Origin: Candidatus Undinarchaeota archaeon
GTDB taxonomy: Archaea > SpSt-1190 > JASMDC01
Assembly (NCBI GenBank): GCA_964519305.1
Contig: CAZFHY010000001.1
Span: 486,218-550,217, forward strand
Direction of reading: 5' to 3'
DNA: 64,000 nucleotides
Part shown: one piece after another, positions 19,138 through 28,534 of the stretch
Position numbering within the stretch: the stretch's first letter is position 1
How the letters are laid out: every line of letters starts with the position of its first letter
The notes under the pieces: generated by a model
What the model saw: the letters and a program-made list of their open reading frames with translations, nothing else
Told to the model about the DNA's origin: nothing
The model's database searches: none
Position numbers and translations under genes: made by a program

Positions 19138-19278
19138 GTGAAATTCTGCCTCTGCAAGGTCTGCTTCATGAGCCAGAGGTACTGTCTGTGCGATATCTGC
19201 CACAACTACCTCACGAAGAAGTGCAACAACCGCATGCGCCGCATGAAATGCAAGGTCAAGCGGTTCTTGTTAAAGTGA
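19138..19278 (+). CDS. Small basic Cys-rich (putative Zn-binding) protein, 46 aa
   Basis: GTG start after AGGTG gives MKFCLCKVCFMSQRYCLCDICHNYLTKKCNNRMRRMKCKVKRFLLK, with GC3-rich codons and ATAAAAA at ~19097. Confidence 0.55.
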   Translation: MKFCLCKVCFMSQRYCLCDICHNYLTKKCNNRMRRMKCKVKRFLLK

Positions 19279-19416
19279 CACCAGGTCAAGGTACGTCACG
19301 GTATCCGACCCTGGCGGGAGGTCGCAGCCAAATATACACTTATCGCTGCGAGAACGTGCCTACAGGGCCCAAGCTCTCCGAAACTTTTAAAAATTGACAT
19401 CTCGTCGAGGATACTT

Positions 19417-19444
19417 ACCCGACGCACTGCTTCGGCAGGAGGGT
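19417..19444 (+). promoter_or_regulatory. Candidate ribosomal protein L1 autoregulatory RNA site overlapping the rpl1 SD
   Basis: ACCC-GACGCA-CTGC-TTCG-GCAG-GA-GGGT forms two helices around a 6x2 internal loop, capped by a cUUCGg loop. Confidence 0.65.
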
Positions 19445-19448
19445 CCCT

Positions 19449-20099
19449 ATGGAAAAAACACATTACGTTGAGGCGATTAAAAAGGCCCGCGAGGGCAAGA
19501 CGCGCCGTTTCCCACAATCTTTCGACCTTGCTGTTTCTCTTCGGCATATTGACCTGAAGAAACCCCAGAACAAGATCGATACGGAGCTCACGCTCCCGCA
19601 TGGTCGCGGCAAGGACATCTCTGTCGCCATGATCGCTGATGGCGAACTGGCCAAGAAGGCCTCGAAGTTCGTCCAGCACATCATCTCTCCCGACGAACTT
19701 GGCAAACTCGGTAAGAACCGCAAGAACGCCAAGAAGATTGCCGGACAGTACGATTTCTTCGTGGTCCAGGTCAATCTTATGCAGAACTTCGCAAAGAGCC
19801 TTGGTCCCGTGCTAGGTCCCCGGGGAAAGATGCCCAAACCGAGCCAGATCATACCGCCACAGGGGGATCCCGAGGCGGTCGTCAAGGGTCTTAAGAACAA
19901 GATCAGGCTCTCCATGAAGAGCCAACCGGTCCTTCACGCATTCGTAGGCCACGAGTCCCAGAAGGACGAGGACGTCGCTGAAAACGTCCTTGCAGTGGTC
20001 AACTTCCTAGAGCACAAGCTGGAGAATCCTGTCCACCAGATCCACTCGATCTATATCAAGATGACCATGGGTCCGGCAATCCGGATAGGTGGTGAATGA
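19449..20099 (+). CDS. rpl1: 50S ribosomal protein uL1
   Basis: Motifs RRFPQSFDL, LPHGRGK, LGPVLGPRGKMP and KMTMGP. Confidence 0.97.
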   Translation: MEKTHYVEAIKKAREGKTRRFPQSFDLAVSLRHIDLKKPQNKIDTELTLPHGRGKDISVAMIADGELAKKASKFVQHIISPDELGKLGKNRKNAKKIAGQYDFFVVQVNLMQNFAKSLGPVLGPRGKMPKPSQIIPPQGDPEAVVKGLKNKIRLSMKSQPVLHAFVGHESQKDEDVAENVLAVVNFLEHKLENPVHQIHSIYIKMTMGPAIRIGGE

Positions 20100-21117
20100 A
20101 GTGGTCAAGCAGTGGAAGGTAGAGAAGGTGGACGAACTCCAGAAGGCGTTCATCAGCAGCCCCACGACCGCGATCGTGAACGTTCATGGGATCCCTGCTC
20201 CCCAGATGCAGGGCATCCGGGCCGGTCTCAAGGACAAGGTCACCATCACCATGACGCGCAAGCGCATCATTTCGCGCGCGCTCAAGAACGTACCGGGCAA
20301 GGAGAAGCTCGCGGAGCTCGTCGAACACATGAAGGGCGAGACCGCGATAGTGCTCACTGCTCTAAATCCATTCAAGCTATTCAAGGCGTTGGAGGCCAGC
20401 AAGGTCAAATCGCCGGCCAAGGCCGGACAGACGGCGCCGTGTGACATATACGTTCCCGAGGGTGACACAGGCTACCCTCCCGGCCCCATGATCGGAGAGC
20501 TGGGGAGGCATGGCATCAAGTCTGCCGTGCAGAAAGGTACGATCCACGTCACTAAAGAGAAGCTCATGGTCAAGGAGGGTGAGGTCATCGTCGAGGACAT
20601 GGCGGACATCCTCTCCAAGCTCCACGTAGAGCCTATGGAGCTCGGTCTTGATCTCAGGGCTGCGTTCGAGGACGGGATAATCTTCCCCCACGACGCCCTT
20701 ATCATCGATGAGGCCGCATTCATCAGTGATATCATGATGGCCCAGACATGGGCCATGAACCTGGCCATAAACCAGGGTATCATGAACAGTGAGACGAGCG
20801 CCCCGCTGCTTTCCAAGGCATACCGGGACGCCATCGCTCTCGCATCCCACATCGCATTCCTTACGCCGGAAACGGCGGAGGCTATCCTCCAGAAGGCGAA
20901 CGCACAGTGTCTCTCCCTTGCCAGCGAGATCGCTGGTAAGGACCCTGCGGCACTGAGCGATGAGGCAACGGCCGCACTGTCGGCCCAGCCCGCCGCTCCG
21001 GCGAGTGCCGGACCCTCCGCCGGGGAGGCCACGGAGAAGACCGAGGCCCCCTCGGAAGAGGAGGAGGAGAAAAAGGAAGAAGAGGCCGTTAGTGGCCTAG
21101 GAGCATTATTCGGGTGA
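20089..21117 (+). CDS. rpl10: 50S ribosomal protein uL10 (P0)
   Basis: Motifs [28 protein letters not shown], and an acidic hinge ending SGLGALFG. Confidence 0.97.
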   Translation: MVNEVVKQWKVEKVDELQKAFISSPTTAIVNVHGIPAPQMQGIRAGLKDKVTITMTRKRIISRALKNVPGKEKLAELVEHMKGETAIVLTALNPFKLFKALEASKVKSPAKAGQTAPCDIYVPEGDTGYPPGPMIGELGRHGIKSAVQKGTIHVTKEKLMVKEGEVIVEDMADILSKLHVEPMELGLDLRAAFEDGIIFPHDALIIDEAAFISDIMMAQTWAMNLAINQGIMNSETSAPLLSKAYRDAIALASHIAFLTPETAEAILQKANAQCLSLASEIAGKDPAALSDEATAALSAQPAAPASAGPSAGEATEKTEAPSEEEEEKKEEEAVSGLGALFG

Positions 21118-21121
21118 TACT

Positions 21122-21433
21122 ATGGAATACGTCTACGCTGCCATGTTGCTGCACAAGGCGGGAAAAGAGATTAACGAGGCCAACCTGAAGAAGGTCGTCA
21201 CCTCGACCGGCGCGAAGGCCGACGAGACGAGGATCAAGGCGCTTGTGTCCGCCCTCGAGGGCGTTGACATCGCTGAGGTCATCGACAAGGCTGTCCTTGT
21301 GCCTACGGCCGCTGCCGCGGCCCCCGCCGCCACCGACGCCGCTCCCGCTGCGGAGAAGGCTGAGGAAAAAGAAGAAGAGACTGAAGCAAAAGCTGAAGAG
21401 GCCGTCGCTGGCCTAGGCGCCCTGTTCGGGTAA
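21122..21433 (+). CDS. rpl12: 50S ribosomal stalk protein P1/L12
   Basis: [11 protein letters not shown]...AGLGALFG. Confidence 0.97.
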   Translation: MEYVYAAMLLHKAGKEINEANLKKVVTSTGAKADETRIKALVSALEGVDIAEVIDKAVLVPTAAAAAPAATDAAPAAEKAEEKEEETEAKAEEAVAGLGALFG

Positions 21434-21457
21434 GCCCCTAGAACCAGGGATGCACTC

Positions 21458-22729
21458 TTGGATATCGGTAGTCTCAAAAACAGGATTGGTGAACTGGAGA
21501 AGCAGCGGAACGACTGCTCGAAAGAGATTGACGAGTCGAAAGGTCGACGCGATCTCCTTAATCAGAAGATTCGTGAGTCTGCCGAGAGTATCAAAGAACT
21601 GCGCAAGTCTCGTGATGAGGCCAACGCACAAGTGCGGGAACAGAAAGCGGAGCGCGCTCGCATCCAGAAGCTCGTGAACGATCAGCGGAGGGTAATGCGG
21701 GATAAGCGCGACCTGTTCCGCAAGATGATGAAGGACGCGCCCACGCGTATGAGCCCGCAGGAGATCAAGGAAACCATCGATAAGATGGAGTTCGAGTTCC
21801 AGACTAATGCCATGAGCATCGATCAGGAAAAGCGGTTCATGCAGAAGATCAAGACACTGGAGCGCACCTATCAGGTCAGGATGAAGGCGGAAGACGTCCA
21901 TCAGGATATGATGAAGGCCGGTGATGAGCTGGACAAGCTCCGGGAGCAGGTGGAGACCGCTCACAAGAAAGTTGTCGAGTCCTCCGAGCTCTCGCAGCAG
22001 CACCATGAAGCTCTCATCGGCCTCTCCCGACAGATGGACCCCATGCGCCGGGACGCCGACGAATCACATCGTTCCATGGTCGCGTCATTGGAACGCAAGA
22101 AGGAGATCAATGGCAAGCTTGCCGAGGTCCGGAAACAACTGCTAGAGGTCAAGGCGGAACGTCAGGCCCATGACCTGGCCGAACGCGAGGCCGCCCTCAA
22201 ACATAAGGCAGATGGTATCAAGGAGAAGTTGAAGGGAAAGAAGCGATTCGACCTTCGCCAACTCCAGATACTCGCCCAGACCGGTGAGGGCTTCTCCTTC
22301 GGAGGCGATGACGGCGAAGCTGTGAATATCGAAGGTAAGAGGGACTTCAAGAAGAGGAAGGCCGCGGAGAAGACTGAATCGAAGACGAAGGCTCCACCCA
22401 AGAAGGAGTCCAAGGTCGAAGAGGCCTCCGAGAAACCAGCGCCGAAAAAGAAGACACCGACAAAGAAGAAGGCCCCTCCCAAAAAGGAGTCCAAGGTCGA
22501 AGAAGCCTCCGAGAAACCGGCACCGAAAAAGAAGACGCCGGCAAAGAAAAAGGCCCCATCCAAAAAGGAGTCCAAGGTCAAAGAGGCCTCCGAGAAACCG
22601 GTGCCGAAAAAGAAGACACCGGCAAAGAAGAAGGAGGTGCCCCCTGTAGAGGACGCACAACCCACAACTCCGTTAGCGATCTCAAAGGACGCGCAGCTCG
22701 AGGAAGCCCTACAGGTCGAGGACATCTAG
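21458..22729 (+). CDS. Archaeal coiled-coil protein (COG1340-like) with Lys/Pro-rich repeated tail
   Basis: Motifs RDLLN..IR, RDEANAQV, EFEFQTNAMSIDQEK, SQQHHE, ADESH. Confidence 0.75.
   Translation: MDIGSLKNRIGELEKQRNDCSKEIDESKGRRDLLNQKIRESAESIKELRKSRDEANAQVREQKAERARIQKLVNDQRRVMRDKRDLFRKMMKDAPTRMSPQEIKETIDKMEFEFQTNAMSIDQEKRFMQKIKTLERTYQVRMKAEDVHQDMMKAGDELDKLREQVETAHKKVVESSELSQQHHEALIGLSRQMDPMRRDADESHRSMVASLERKKEINGKLAEVRKQLLEVKAERQAHDLAEREAALKHKADGIKEKLKGKKRFDLRQLQILAQTGEGFSFGGDDGEAVNIEGKRDFKKRKAAEKTESKTKAPPKKESKVEEASEKPAPKKKTPTKKKAPPKKESKVEEASEKPAPKKKTPAKKKAPSKKESKVKEASEKPVPKKKTPAKKKEVPPVEDAQPTTPLAISKDAQLEEALQVEDI
22388..22630 (+). repeat. Three tandem 81-bp in-frame repeats
   Basis: The 27-aa unit KAPPKKESKVEEASEKPAPKKKTPTKK occurs three times with few substitutions. 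Confidence 0.9.
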
Positions 22730-22793
22730 ATTCTTCGAAGTAGTCCTGTGACTATTCTTATGGTTCTTTCCGGAGAGTGGATGCGTTATTGGA

Positions 22794-23156
22794 CTATGCC
22801 TCGTCCGTATCCTCTTTCTCCGCCTGACGCCGTCGCTCCTCGATCATCTGCTCGATCTTTGAACCGCCGATCTTTCCAGATATGTATCCCACTCCGAGAC
22901 CGGTAACTATACCAGCTGAGCCTCCGACGAACCTGTAGTTCTTGAGGACCTCTTCATCCTCGATCCCCTTGTACGCGGCGTACTGATCGGAGAGGAAGTT
23001 GCCCAGATGGTAGCCGCCATACACGAACAGGGTCGATGTACCCGCTATGGTGGCCATCTGAGTACCTGTAAGGTCTTCCGTGATGGCATACCCCTCCAAG
23101 GCATCGCAAGCCCCCTGGCCTGCGGTTTCAAGATCATCAAGGTCAATATCATACAT
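22794..23156 (-). CDS. Small Gly-rich membrane protein, hypothetical
   Basis: 120-aa ORF with two Gly-rich hydrophobic stretches and a strong BRE-TATA at 23195-23209. Confidence 0.6.
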   Translation of the reverse strand: MYDIDLDDLETAGQGACDALEGYAITEDLTGTQMATIAGTSTLFVYGGYHLGNFLSDQYAAYKGIEDEEVLKNYRFVGGSAGIVTGLGVGYISGKIGGSKIEQMIEERRRQAEKEDTDEA

Positions 23157-23339
23157 AGCGCTATCCCCTGTGATGGAAGGCGGCAGGAGAGGCCGTATTT
23201 ATACCTTTCGACAAGCGGGCGCGATCACCATAAGAGGATACCGAACAAGTAGCCCGCTCAGCTTCGGACCGTTCAAGCCTGCTAGAGGCTCCTGAAGGCC
23301 CACGACACGCTTAAGAACCTAATCCCCGTACCGAGCGGT

Positions 23340-24554
23340 ATGACGGATATCAAGCGCATCGGCATCCTCACGAGCGGCGGTGACTGTGGCGGTCTCAACG
23401 CAGTCATCAAGGGCACTGCCCGTATGGCCAATGCCCTCGGCATCGAGGCCTATGTCATCCCGAACGGCTACGCCGGCCTCTACAACCTCGTGGAGTTCGA
23501 GAGCCTGACGCTACTCACGTCCGACCGTATCGACAACGTGAACGCCGCGCTCGCGGGTTCCGAGGCAGGCCACTCGCGCGTCAAGATCAGGAAGATCAAG
23601 GACGAGGGCAAGTACGATCGAATAAAGAAAGGCTTGGCCAAGTTCAGCATCGACGCCCTGGTCATCTCCGGCGGGGACGACTCCGGGTCAGTGATGGTCG
23701 ACCTGGACGCTCAAGGTATCCCCTGCATCCATGTCCCCAAGACAATGGACCTGGACCTCCAGACCTACAGCGTCGGGGCCGATTCCACCATCAACCGCAT
23801 CGCAAACTTCACCGAGGACCTCAAGACCACCGGCCGTACCCACAATCGGGTCATCGTGCTCGAGGTGTTCGGCCGATATGCCGGACATACGGCATTTCGG
23901 GGAGGTATCGGTGCTGACGCGGACTGCATCCTCATCCCCGAGATCCCGGCCGACTTCGACGTCGTGTACGAGCACGTGAAGAAGGTTTACATGGACAGGA
24001 TCCGCGCCAGCGATGTCAATGCCGGTACTTACATACTCATCGTTGCCGAGGGCCTGCGGGACGCCAGCGGTAAGGAGCTGGTGGACGAGAGCGCAGGTGT
24101 TGACGCCTTCGGTCACAAGAAGCTTGCGGGTGCGGGCAAATTCGTCCGACAGGAGCTGTCCCGACGCTTCGCGGCAGACCCCGAGGTCCCCGTCTTCATG
24201 AAAGAACAGGGGCTCTTCGTGGAAGGGCTCTACGTGGCACCCGAGGTGCGCGAGGTGCGTCCCGGTCACCTTGTGCGCTGCGGACGGTCCTCTGCTTTCG
24301 ATGTGAACTTCGGTAAGGAGGGAGGGGCCGCGGCCATCCACCTCCTTCTCGAAGGCCTTTCGGGCGTCAGTGTGGTAGAGGTGGACGGCAGTAGCATCCT
24401 CTACAAACCTACTGCTGAGGTCATCGAACAGCGCCATGTGGACCTGGACCTCGTCTCGCTCTACGAGGCACAGGGAGTGTGCTTCGGCCGAGAGCCGAAA
24501 CCCTTCCGCCCAGCTGTAACGAAGCAGGAAGGGAAGGTCTGGCGCCACCTCTGA
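23340..24554 (+). CDS. pfp: PfkA-family phosphofructokinase, probably PPi-dependent
   Basis: Motifs ILTSGGDCGGLN, GGDDS and PKTMD (Asp/Lys at the PPi-determinant positions), EVFGR, DAFGH. Confidence 0.85.
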   Translation: MTDIKRIGILTSGGDCGGLNAVIKGTARMANALGIEAYVIPNGYAGLYNLVEFESLTLLTSDRIDNVNAALAGSEAGHSRVKIRKIKDEGKYDRIKKGLAKFSIDALVISGGDDSGSVMVDLDAQGIPCIHVPKTMDLDLQTYSVGADSTINRIANFTEDLKTTGRTHNRVIVLEVFGRYAGHTAFRGGIGADADCILIPEIPADFDVVYEHVKKVYMDRIRASDVNAGTYILIVAEGLRDASGKELVDESAGVDAFGHKKLAGAGKFVRQELSRRFAADPEVPVFMKEQGLFVEGLYVAPEVREVRPGHLVRCGRSSAFDVNFGKEGGAAAIHLLLEGLSGVSVVEVDGSSILYKPTAEVIEQRHVDLDLVSLYEAQGVCFGREPKPFRPAVTKQEGKVWRHL

Positions 24555-24600
24555 GACTACAGGATCCGCGTCAATGAACGCGGGAATGATGCTCTCGAGC

Positions 24601-25749
24601 TCACTTGGCCAGTTCCCGGTAGACCGCCAGAGTCCCCTCACACATGGCCTTTCGGTCGAACCGTCCCGCTCGTTCACGAGCTGCCTTCCCGAACGAGACA
24701 CCGCGGTCATTTTTCGCCAACAGCTCGACTAGTGCCTCGCCGAAGGCGTACCGGTCACGTGGATCGCGAACCAGTCCGCTAACCTCGTCCTCTACGAGCT
24801 CGGCACACCCTCCCTGGGACGAGACCAGCACCGGTCTACCCCTGGCCATAGCCTCTAGGCCGACCACACCGAATGGTTCGTAGAGAGATGGGAGGACCAC
24901 GACGTCGGCGGCATCAAGTAATCCCCACTTGTGGGCCGAATCGAGAGTCTGCGGTATGAAGTGGATGCGAGAGGCCAAACCCTTGGCCCGTGCGTTGGCC
25001 TTCAAGGTCTCGGTATCCGGGCCGCTCCCCGCGTACACCAGCTGACAGTCGTCCAGCTTGCGCGCGGCGAACGAAAAGGCGGATAGGAGCTCCCGGCATC
25101 CTTTTGGCTTGGTAATCCGCCCGATGAACACGGCAAGAGGCGCGTCCCCCAATCCCATCGAGTGTCGGACTTCCTTCGCTTCCATGGCAGGAGCGGCCGC
25201 GATGTCCTTGATGGGGAGCCCGTGTGCTACGTGCCTGAGCTTTTCCCCAGCACATCCAAGGTCCCGGGCTTCCTTAGCCATGAACTCCGATGCTACGACC
25301 ACGAGGTCCGCGGCCTCCACGGCACGTCGCTCCAGCTTCGCGAGCTGGGGGCTCCCAGCTCCAAGGGACCGACCTTTTTCGGTCGAGTGGAGCGTGATTA
25401 AGAAAGGGACACTCTTGGCCGCAGCCAGTGCGGGGGCAGCGATGGCGCCGAGCCAGTCGTGGGCATGGACGAGGTCAGTGGGCTCCTCCAGTGCCGCGTG
25501 ATAGGCTGCGAGGTTGTATGCTGCGATATTGGCCATGAACCGTGCTGTGCGATCCCCACCGAAAAGCTCGGCCAGATAGGGTCCGACCGGGGCGGGCACC
25601 ACGGTATGGATTCGAGGATCATCCACCTTCGAGCGGGCATAGATAGTAACATCCGCATCTGCCATTCCCCTCATCAGGCCTTCCACATGGACCATGAGAC
25701 CAGATGGTGCTCCGGGCACGTACTCGGGCACGAGCATCGATGCTTTCAT
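24601..25749 (-). CDS. GT4 glycosyltransferase, glycogen-synthase-like
   Basis: Motifs EY.P...GL..HV, VHAHDWL, TLHSTE.GR, PSLYEPFGVVGLEAM. Confidence 0.85.
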   Translation of the reverse strand: MKASMLVPEYVPGAPSGLMVHVEGLMRGMADADVTIYARSKVDDPRIHTVVPAPVGPYLAELFGGDRTARFMANIAAYNLAAYHAALEEPTDLVHAHDWLGAIAAPALAAAKSVPFLITLHSTEKGRSLGAGSPQLAKLERRAVEAADLVVVASEFMAKEARDLGCAGEKLRHVAHGLPIKDIAAAPAMEAKEVRHSMGLGDAPLAVFIGRITKPKGCRELLSAFSFAARKLDDCQLVYAGSGPDTETLKANARAKGLASRIHFIPQTLDSAHKWGLLDAADVVVLPSLYEPFGVVGLEAMARGRPVLVSSQGGCAELVEDEVSGLVRDPRDRYAFGEALVELLAKNDRGVSFGKAARERAGRFDRKAMCEGTLAVYRELAK

Positions 25750-26525
25750 TCACCCTCACCCCCCTCAAAGAGATACGGGTAGAATGACTCCTGGAACTTT
25801 TCCGTGTGCCTTCCAGACCACCAGTAGTCAACGTAGCCCCGACCGAAGGCCAGGAATCCGGCCAGACGCGTTCCCAGTGACATGGGAGGCTCGTCAACGC
25901 CCAAGAAAAGGAGCTTATCGTCCACAAGAAGAAGAGTGAGGGCAAGGCCCTCACCTCCGATGAATCTTATCATGGCCTCTGCATCAGGGAAACGACCCTG
26001 AGCCTCCTCGCATGCCAGAACCCGTACATCGATCCCCCGTGACCGGGCGTCCGATAGCGCGGGCCCGATCCCTGACATGAGCTCGAGTCGTGGGTCTATT
26101 GCATGCACCGTTGCCGATGCGGTCCCCACAGCGTCGCGTGTGGCCGTCACCAAGGCCTTTCTGTTCGGTAAGAACCAGAGCTCACCTACTTCCTGAGGAC
26201 CCCCACGAGATGCGAACAACTGGCCAAGCTCGGCGATTCTCTTCTCGGCCTCCTCTAAATGCTCCCGCTGCTTCGTGACGCGTGGCCCGAGACGGTCAGG
26301 AGGGAGAGGTGCATACCGCTTTGGACGCTCGGGTATGACGCGGGCGAGCCCTGCATCGACGAGACGGTTGAGCACATCGTAGACCTTGGACTGAGGGATA
26401 CCGCTCTCCCGTGTCACAGCGCTCGGTTTCGCCTCACCAAGTCGTACCAATGCCTCGTAGGCTTTGGCCTCGTACTCGCTGAGACCCAGAAGGGAGAGTG
26501 CGTCCATCACCGATAGTCCGGCCAT
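25746..26525 (-). CDS. TrmB-family sugar-responsive transcriptional regulator
   Basis: LGLSEYEAKAY..L, SGIPQSKVYDVLNRL wHTH, and a C-terminal effector domain. Confidence 0.9.
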   Translation of the reverse strand: MAGLSVMDALSLLGLSEYEAKAYEALVRLGEAKPSAVTRESGIPQSKVYDVLNRLVDAGLARVIPERPKRYAPLPPDRLGPRVTKQREHLEEAEKRIAELGQLFASRGGPQEVGELWFLPNRKALVTATRDAVGTASATVHAIDPRLELMSGIGPALSDARSRGIDVRVLACEEAQGRFPDAEAMIRFIGGEGLALTLLLVDDKLLFLGVDEPPMSLGTRLAGFLAFGRGYVDYWWSGRHTEKFQESFYPYLFEGGEGE

Positions 26526-26560
26526 GGTTTTCCATCGCCATGCACCTTTTTATGTGAGGA

Positions 26561-26589
26561 TTGAGTATTTGTTACTACTCAACAGTAGT
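26561..26589. promoter_or_regulatory. Candidate TrmB operator
   Basis: Overlapping palindromes TTGAGTA-N8-TACTCAA and ACTACT-CAAC-AGTAGT between the divergent trmB and GH15 genes. Confidence 0.6.
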
Positions 26590-26645
26590 TAGAACCCTTG
26601 CGGTGGTTCCAATCCCATAAATAAACCGCCTGACTATAATATATC

Positions 26646-28517
26646 GTGGATGGGGCGCCGATGTTCGCATATCGTGACATGGGTAGTGAACGCGTCACTC
26701 CGGCCACCGCAGGCACTCTCGAGGATTACGGGATGGTCGGCAACGGCGAGACAGTCTCGCTCATCAGCCCGTACGCATCCGTGGAGTGGCTGTGCACGAA
26801 CCGGTTCGACGAGGACCCGGTTTTCGCCCGCCGTATCGGAGGAGGCTACCTGGACATGTCCGTGCAGTACGGCGGTCGGACCGTGGCCCTCAAGGACCTG
26901 GGCGATGCTCAGCAGGAGTACGTCAAGGATACCAACGTGCTCCACACCACCGTGGAGAACGACGATCTCAGGGTCGACGTGTTCGACGCCATGCCCTGGG
27001 GTCGGAAATACCTGGGCCGCCGCGTCGTCGTGACCTCCAAGGGCGAGGACCGTGACGTGGCGATCAAGCTCAATTCTGAACAGAGCCGCTACCCCGGTCT
27101 GGCCGAGAAGTCGGTGTACGACCGGGCTAACGATGTCACCCTCTACGAGAACAAGATCTCATCTGTGGCCATCGCCGCGGACCGCAAGGCCCATCGTGGT
27201 GCGTACGGCCTCGGGACGATCGAGCATGACAAGACCTCGACCTTCGATCTGGTCGTCGCCTACGGTAGGGACCGTGATACTGCTGTCCAAGAGGCCAAGC
27301 GCGGTCAGCGTCTTGACATGAAGGCCGTTATCGAGCAGGAGGCCACCTACTGGCACGACTGGCTCGGGGACGCCAAGTCCTACACACACGACGTCCGTCG
27401 TGGCCTGCTCGCCATGAAGCTCCTCACATACGAGGCGACGGGCGCCATGGTGGCCGCTCCCACCGCGTCATTCCCGGCCGTGCCGGGGGGCGAGGACAAC
27501 TGGGACTACCGGTTCTGCTGGCTCCGCGACGGGTTCCTTGGTGCCGAGGCATTCGACCGGGCCGGTAAGCATAAGGAGGCCGGGGCGTTCTACGACTGGG
27601 CCTTCAAGATCCAGGGGAAGGACGGCCACTGGGCCCACCCCCTCTACGGTATCGACGGCAAGTCCGCCAAGGAGGAGTTCTCCGTCCACGCGCTCCAGGG
27701 CCCCAAGGGGGAGAAGCCCATCCGGTTCGGTAATGCCGCCAAGGACCAGCTCCAGCTCGACAGCGAGGGTAGCATCCTGGACGGTGTGCTCACCCACTAC
27801 AAGGCGAGCGGCGACAAGGCGTTCCTCGAACAGCACTACACCGGTATCAAGAAGGCCGCGAACTGGATCGAGAAGAACTGGCATCGCAAGGAGAACGGCA
27901 TCTGGGAGGTGCGCGACGACGACAACGAGGGCGGTGACGTCTGGTGGCGCACGGGTAAGTCCAACTGGGCGTACGGCAAGACCATGTGCTTCGCCGGGCT
28001 CAACGCAGCCGCCGAGATCGCCGACATACTGGGCAAGGACCAGAAGGACGCCGCTCGATGGCGCGGAACCGCTGACGTCGTGAAGGAGGATGTCGTCCAG
28101 AAGGTTTGGTCCGATGACAAGGGCGCCTACACACAGGGCTACGAGCGGGACGTCATCGACATCTCGGTCCTCCCAATGGTGTTCTACGGAATGGTCGACG
28201 CCAACGATCCCAGGATGGTCCAGACAGCAGAGGTCATGGAGAAGGCCCTGCTCAAGCGGGGTGGCATCGCCCGTCACGAGGACGCCGACCTCCCCTTCTA
28301 CCTTCCTACTCTTTGGCTGGCCCGCTACCACATCCGGGCCGGTAACGAGGCGCGTGCAGAGGAGCTCATCGAGACCTGCCGCACCGCGTCAACCACCCTC
28401 GGCCTCATGGCCGAGCACTACGACGGCGTCACTGGCGGCCAGTGGGGCAATTTCCCCCAGCTATTCTCCCATGAGGAGATGGTCAAGGCGTCGATGGAGC
28501 TCCACGGTAAAGAGTAG
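26646..28517 (+). CDS. Glycoside hydrolase family 15 (glucoamylase/trehalase)
   Basis: Motifs GAMVAAPTAS, WDYRFCWLRD, GNAA.DQLQLD, GIWEVR, GNFPQLFSH. Confidence 0.92.
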   Translation: MDGAPMFAYRDMGSERVTPATAGTLEDYGMVGNGETVSLISPYASVEWLCTNRFDEDPVFARRIGGGYLDMSVQYGGRTVALKDLGDAQQEYVKDTNVLHTTVENDDLRVDVFDAMPWGRKYLGRRVVVTSKGEDRDVAIKLNSEQSRYPGLAEKSVYDRANDVTLYENKISSVAIAADRKAHRGAYGLGTIEHDKTSTFDLVVAYGRDRDTAVQEAKRGQRLDMKAVIEQEATYWHDWLGDAKSYTHDVRRGLLAMKLLTYEATGAMVAAPTASFPAVPGGEDNWDYRFCWLRDGFLGAEAFDRAGKHKEAGAFYDWAFKIQGKDGHWAHPLYGIDGKSAKEEFSVHALQGPKGEKPIRFGNAAKDQLQLDSEGSILDGVLTHYKASGDKAFLEQHYTGIKKAANWIEKNWHRKENGIWEVRDDDNEGGDVWWRTGKSNWAYGKTMCFAGLNAAAEIADILGKDQKDAARWRGTADVVKEDVVQKVWSDDKGAYTQGYERDVIDISVLPMVFYGMVDANDPRMVQTAEVMEKALLKRGGIARHEDADLPFYLPTLWLARYHIRAGNEARAEELIETCRTASTTLGLMAEHYDGVTGGQWGNFPQLFSHEEMVKASMELHGKE

Positions 28518-28534
28518 TGGAGCGGATCCCGGCC

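Noticed and set aside
19306-19351. Hairpins CGACC/GGTCG and TCGCAGC/GCTGCGA as an ncRNA
   Set aside because: Short stems with no recognisable family motif. At most a 3' structure of the microprotein transcript.
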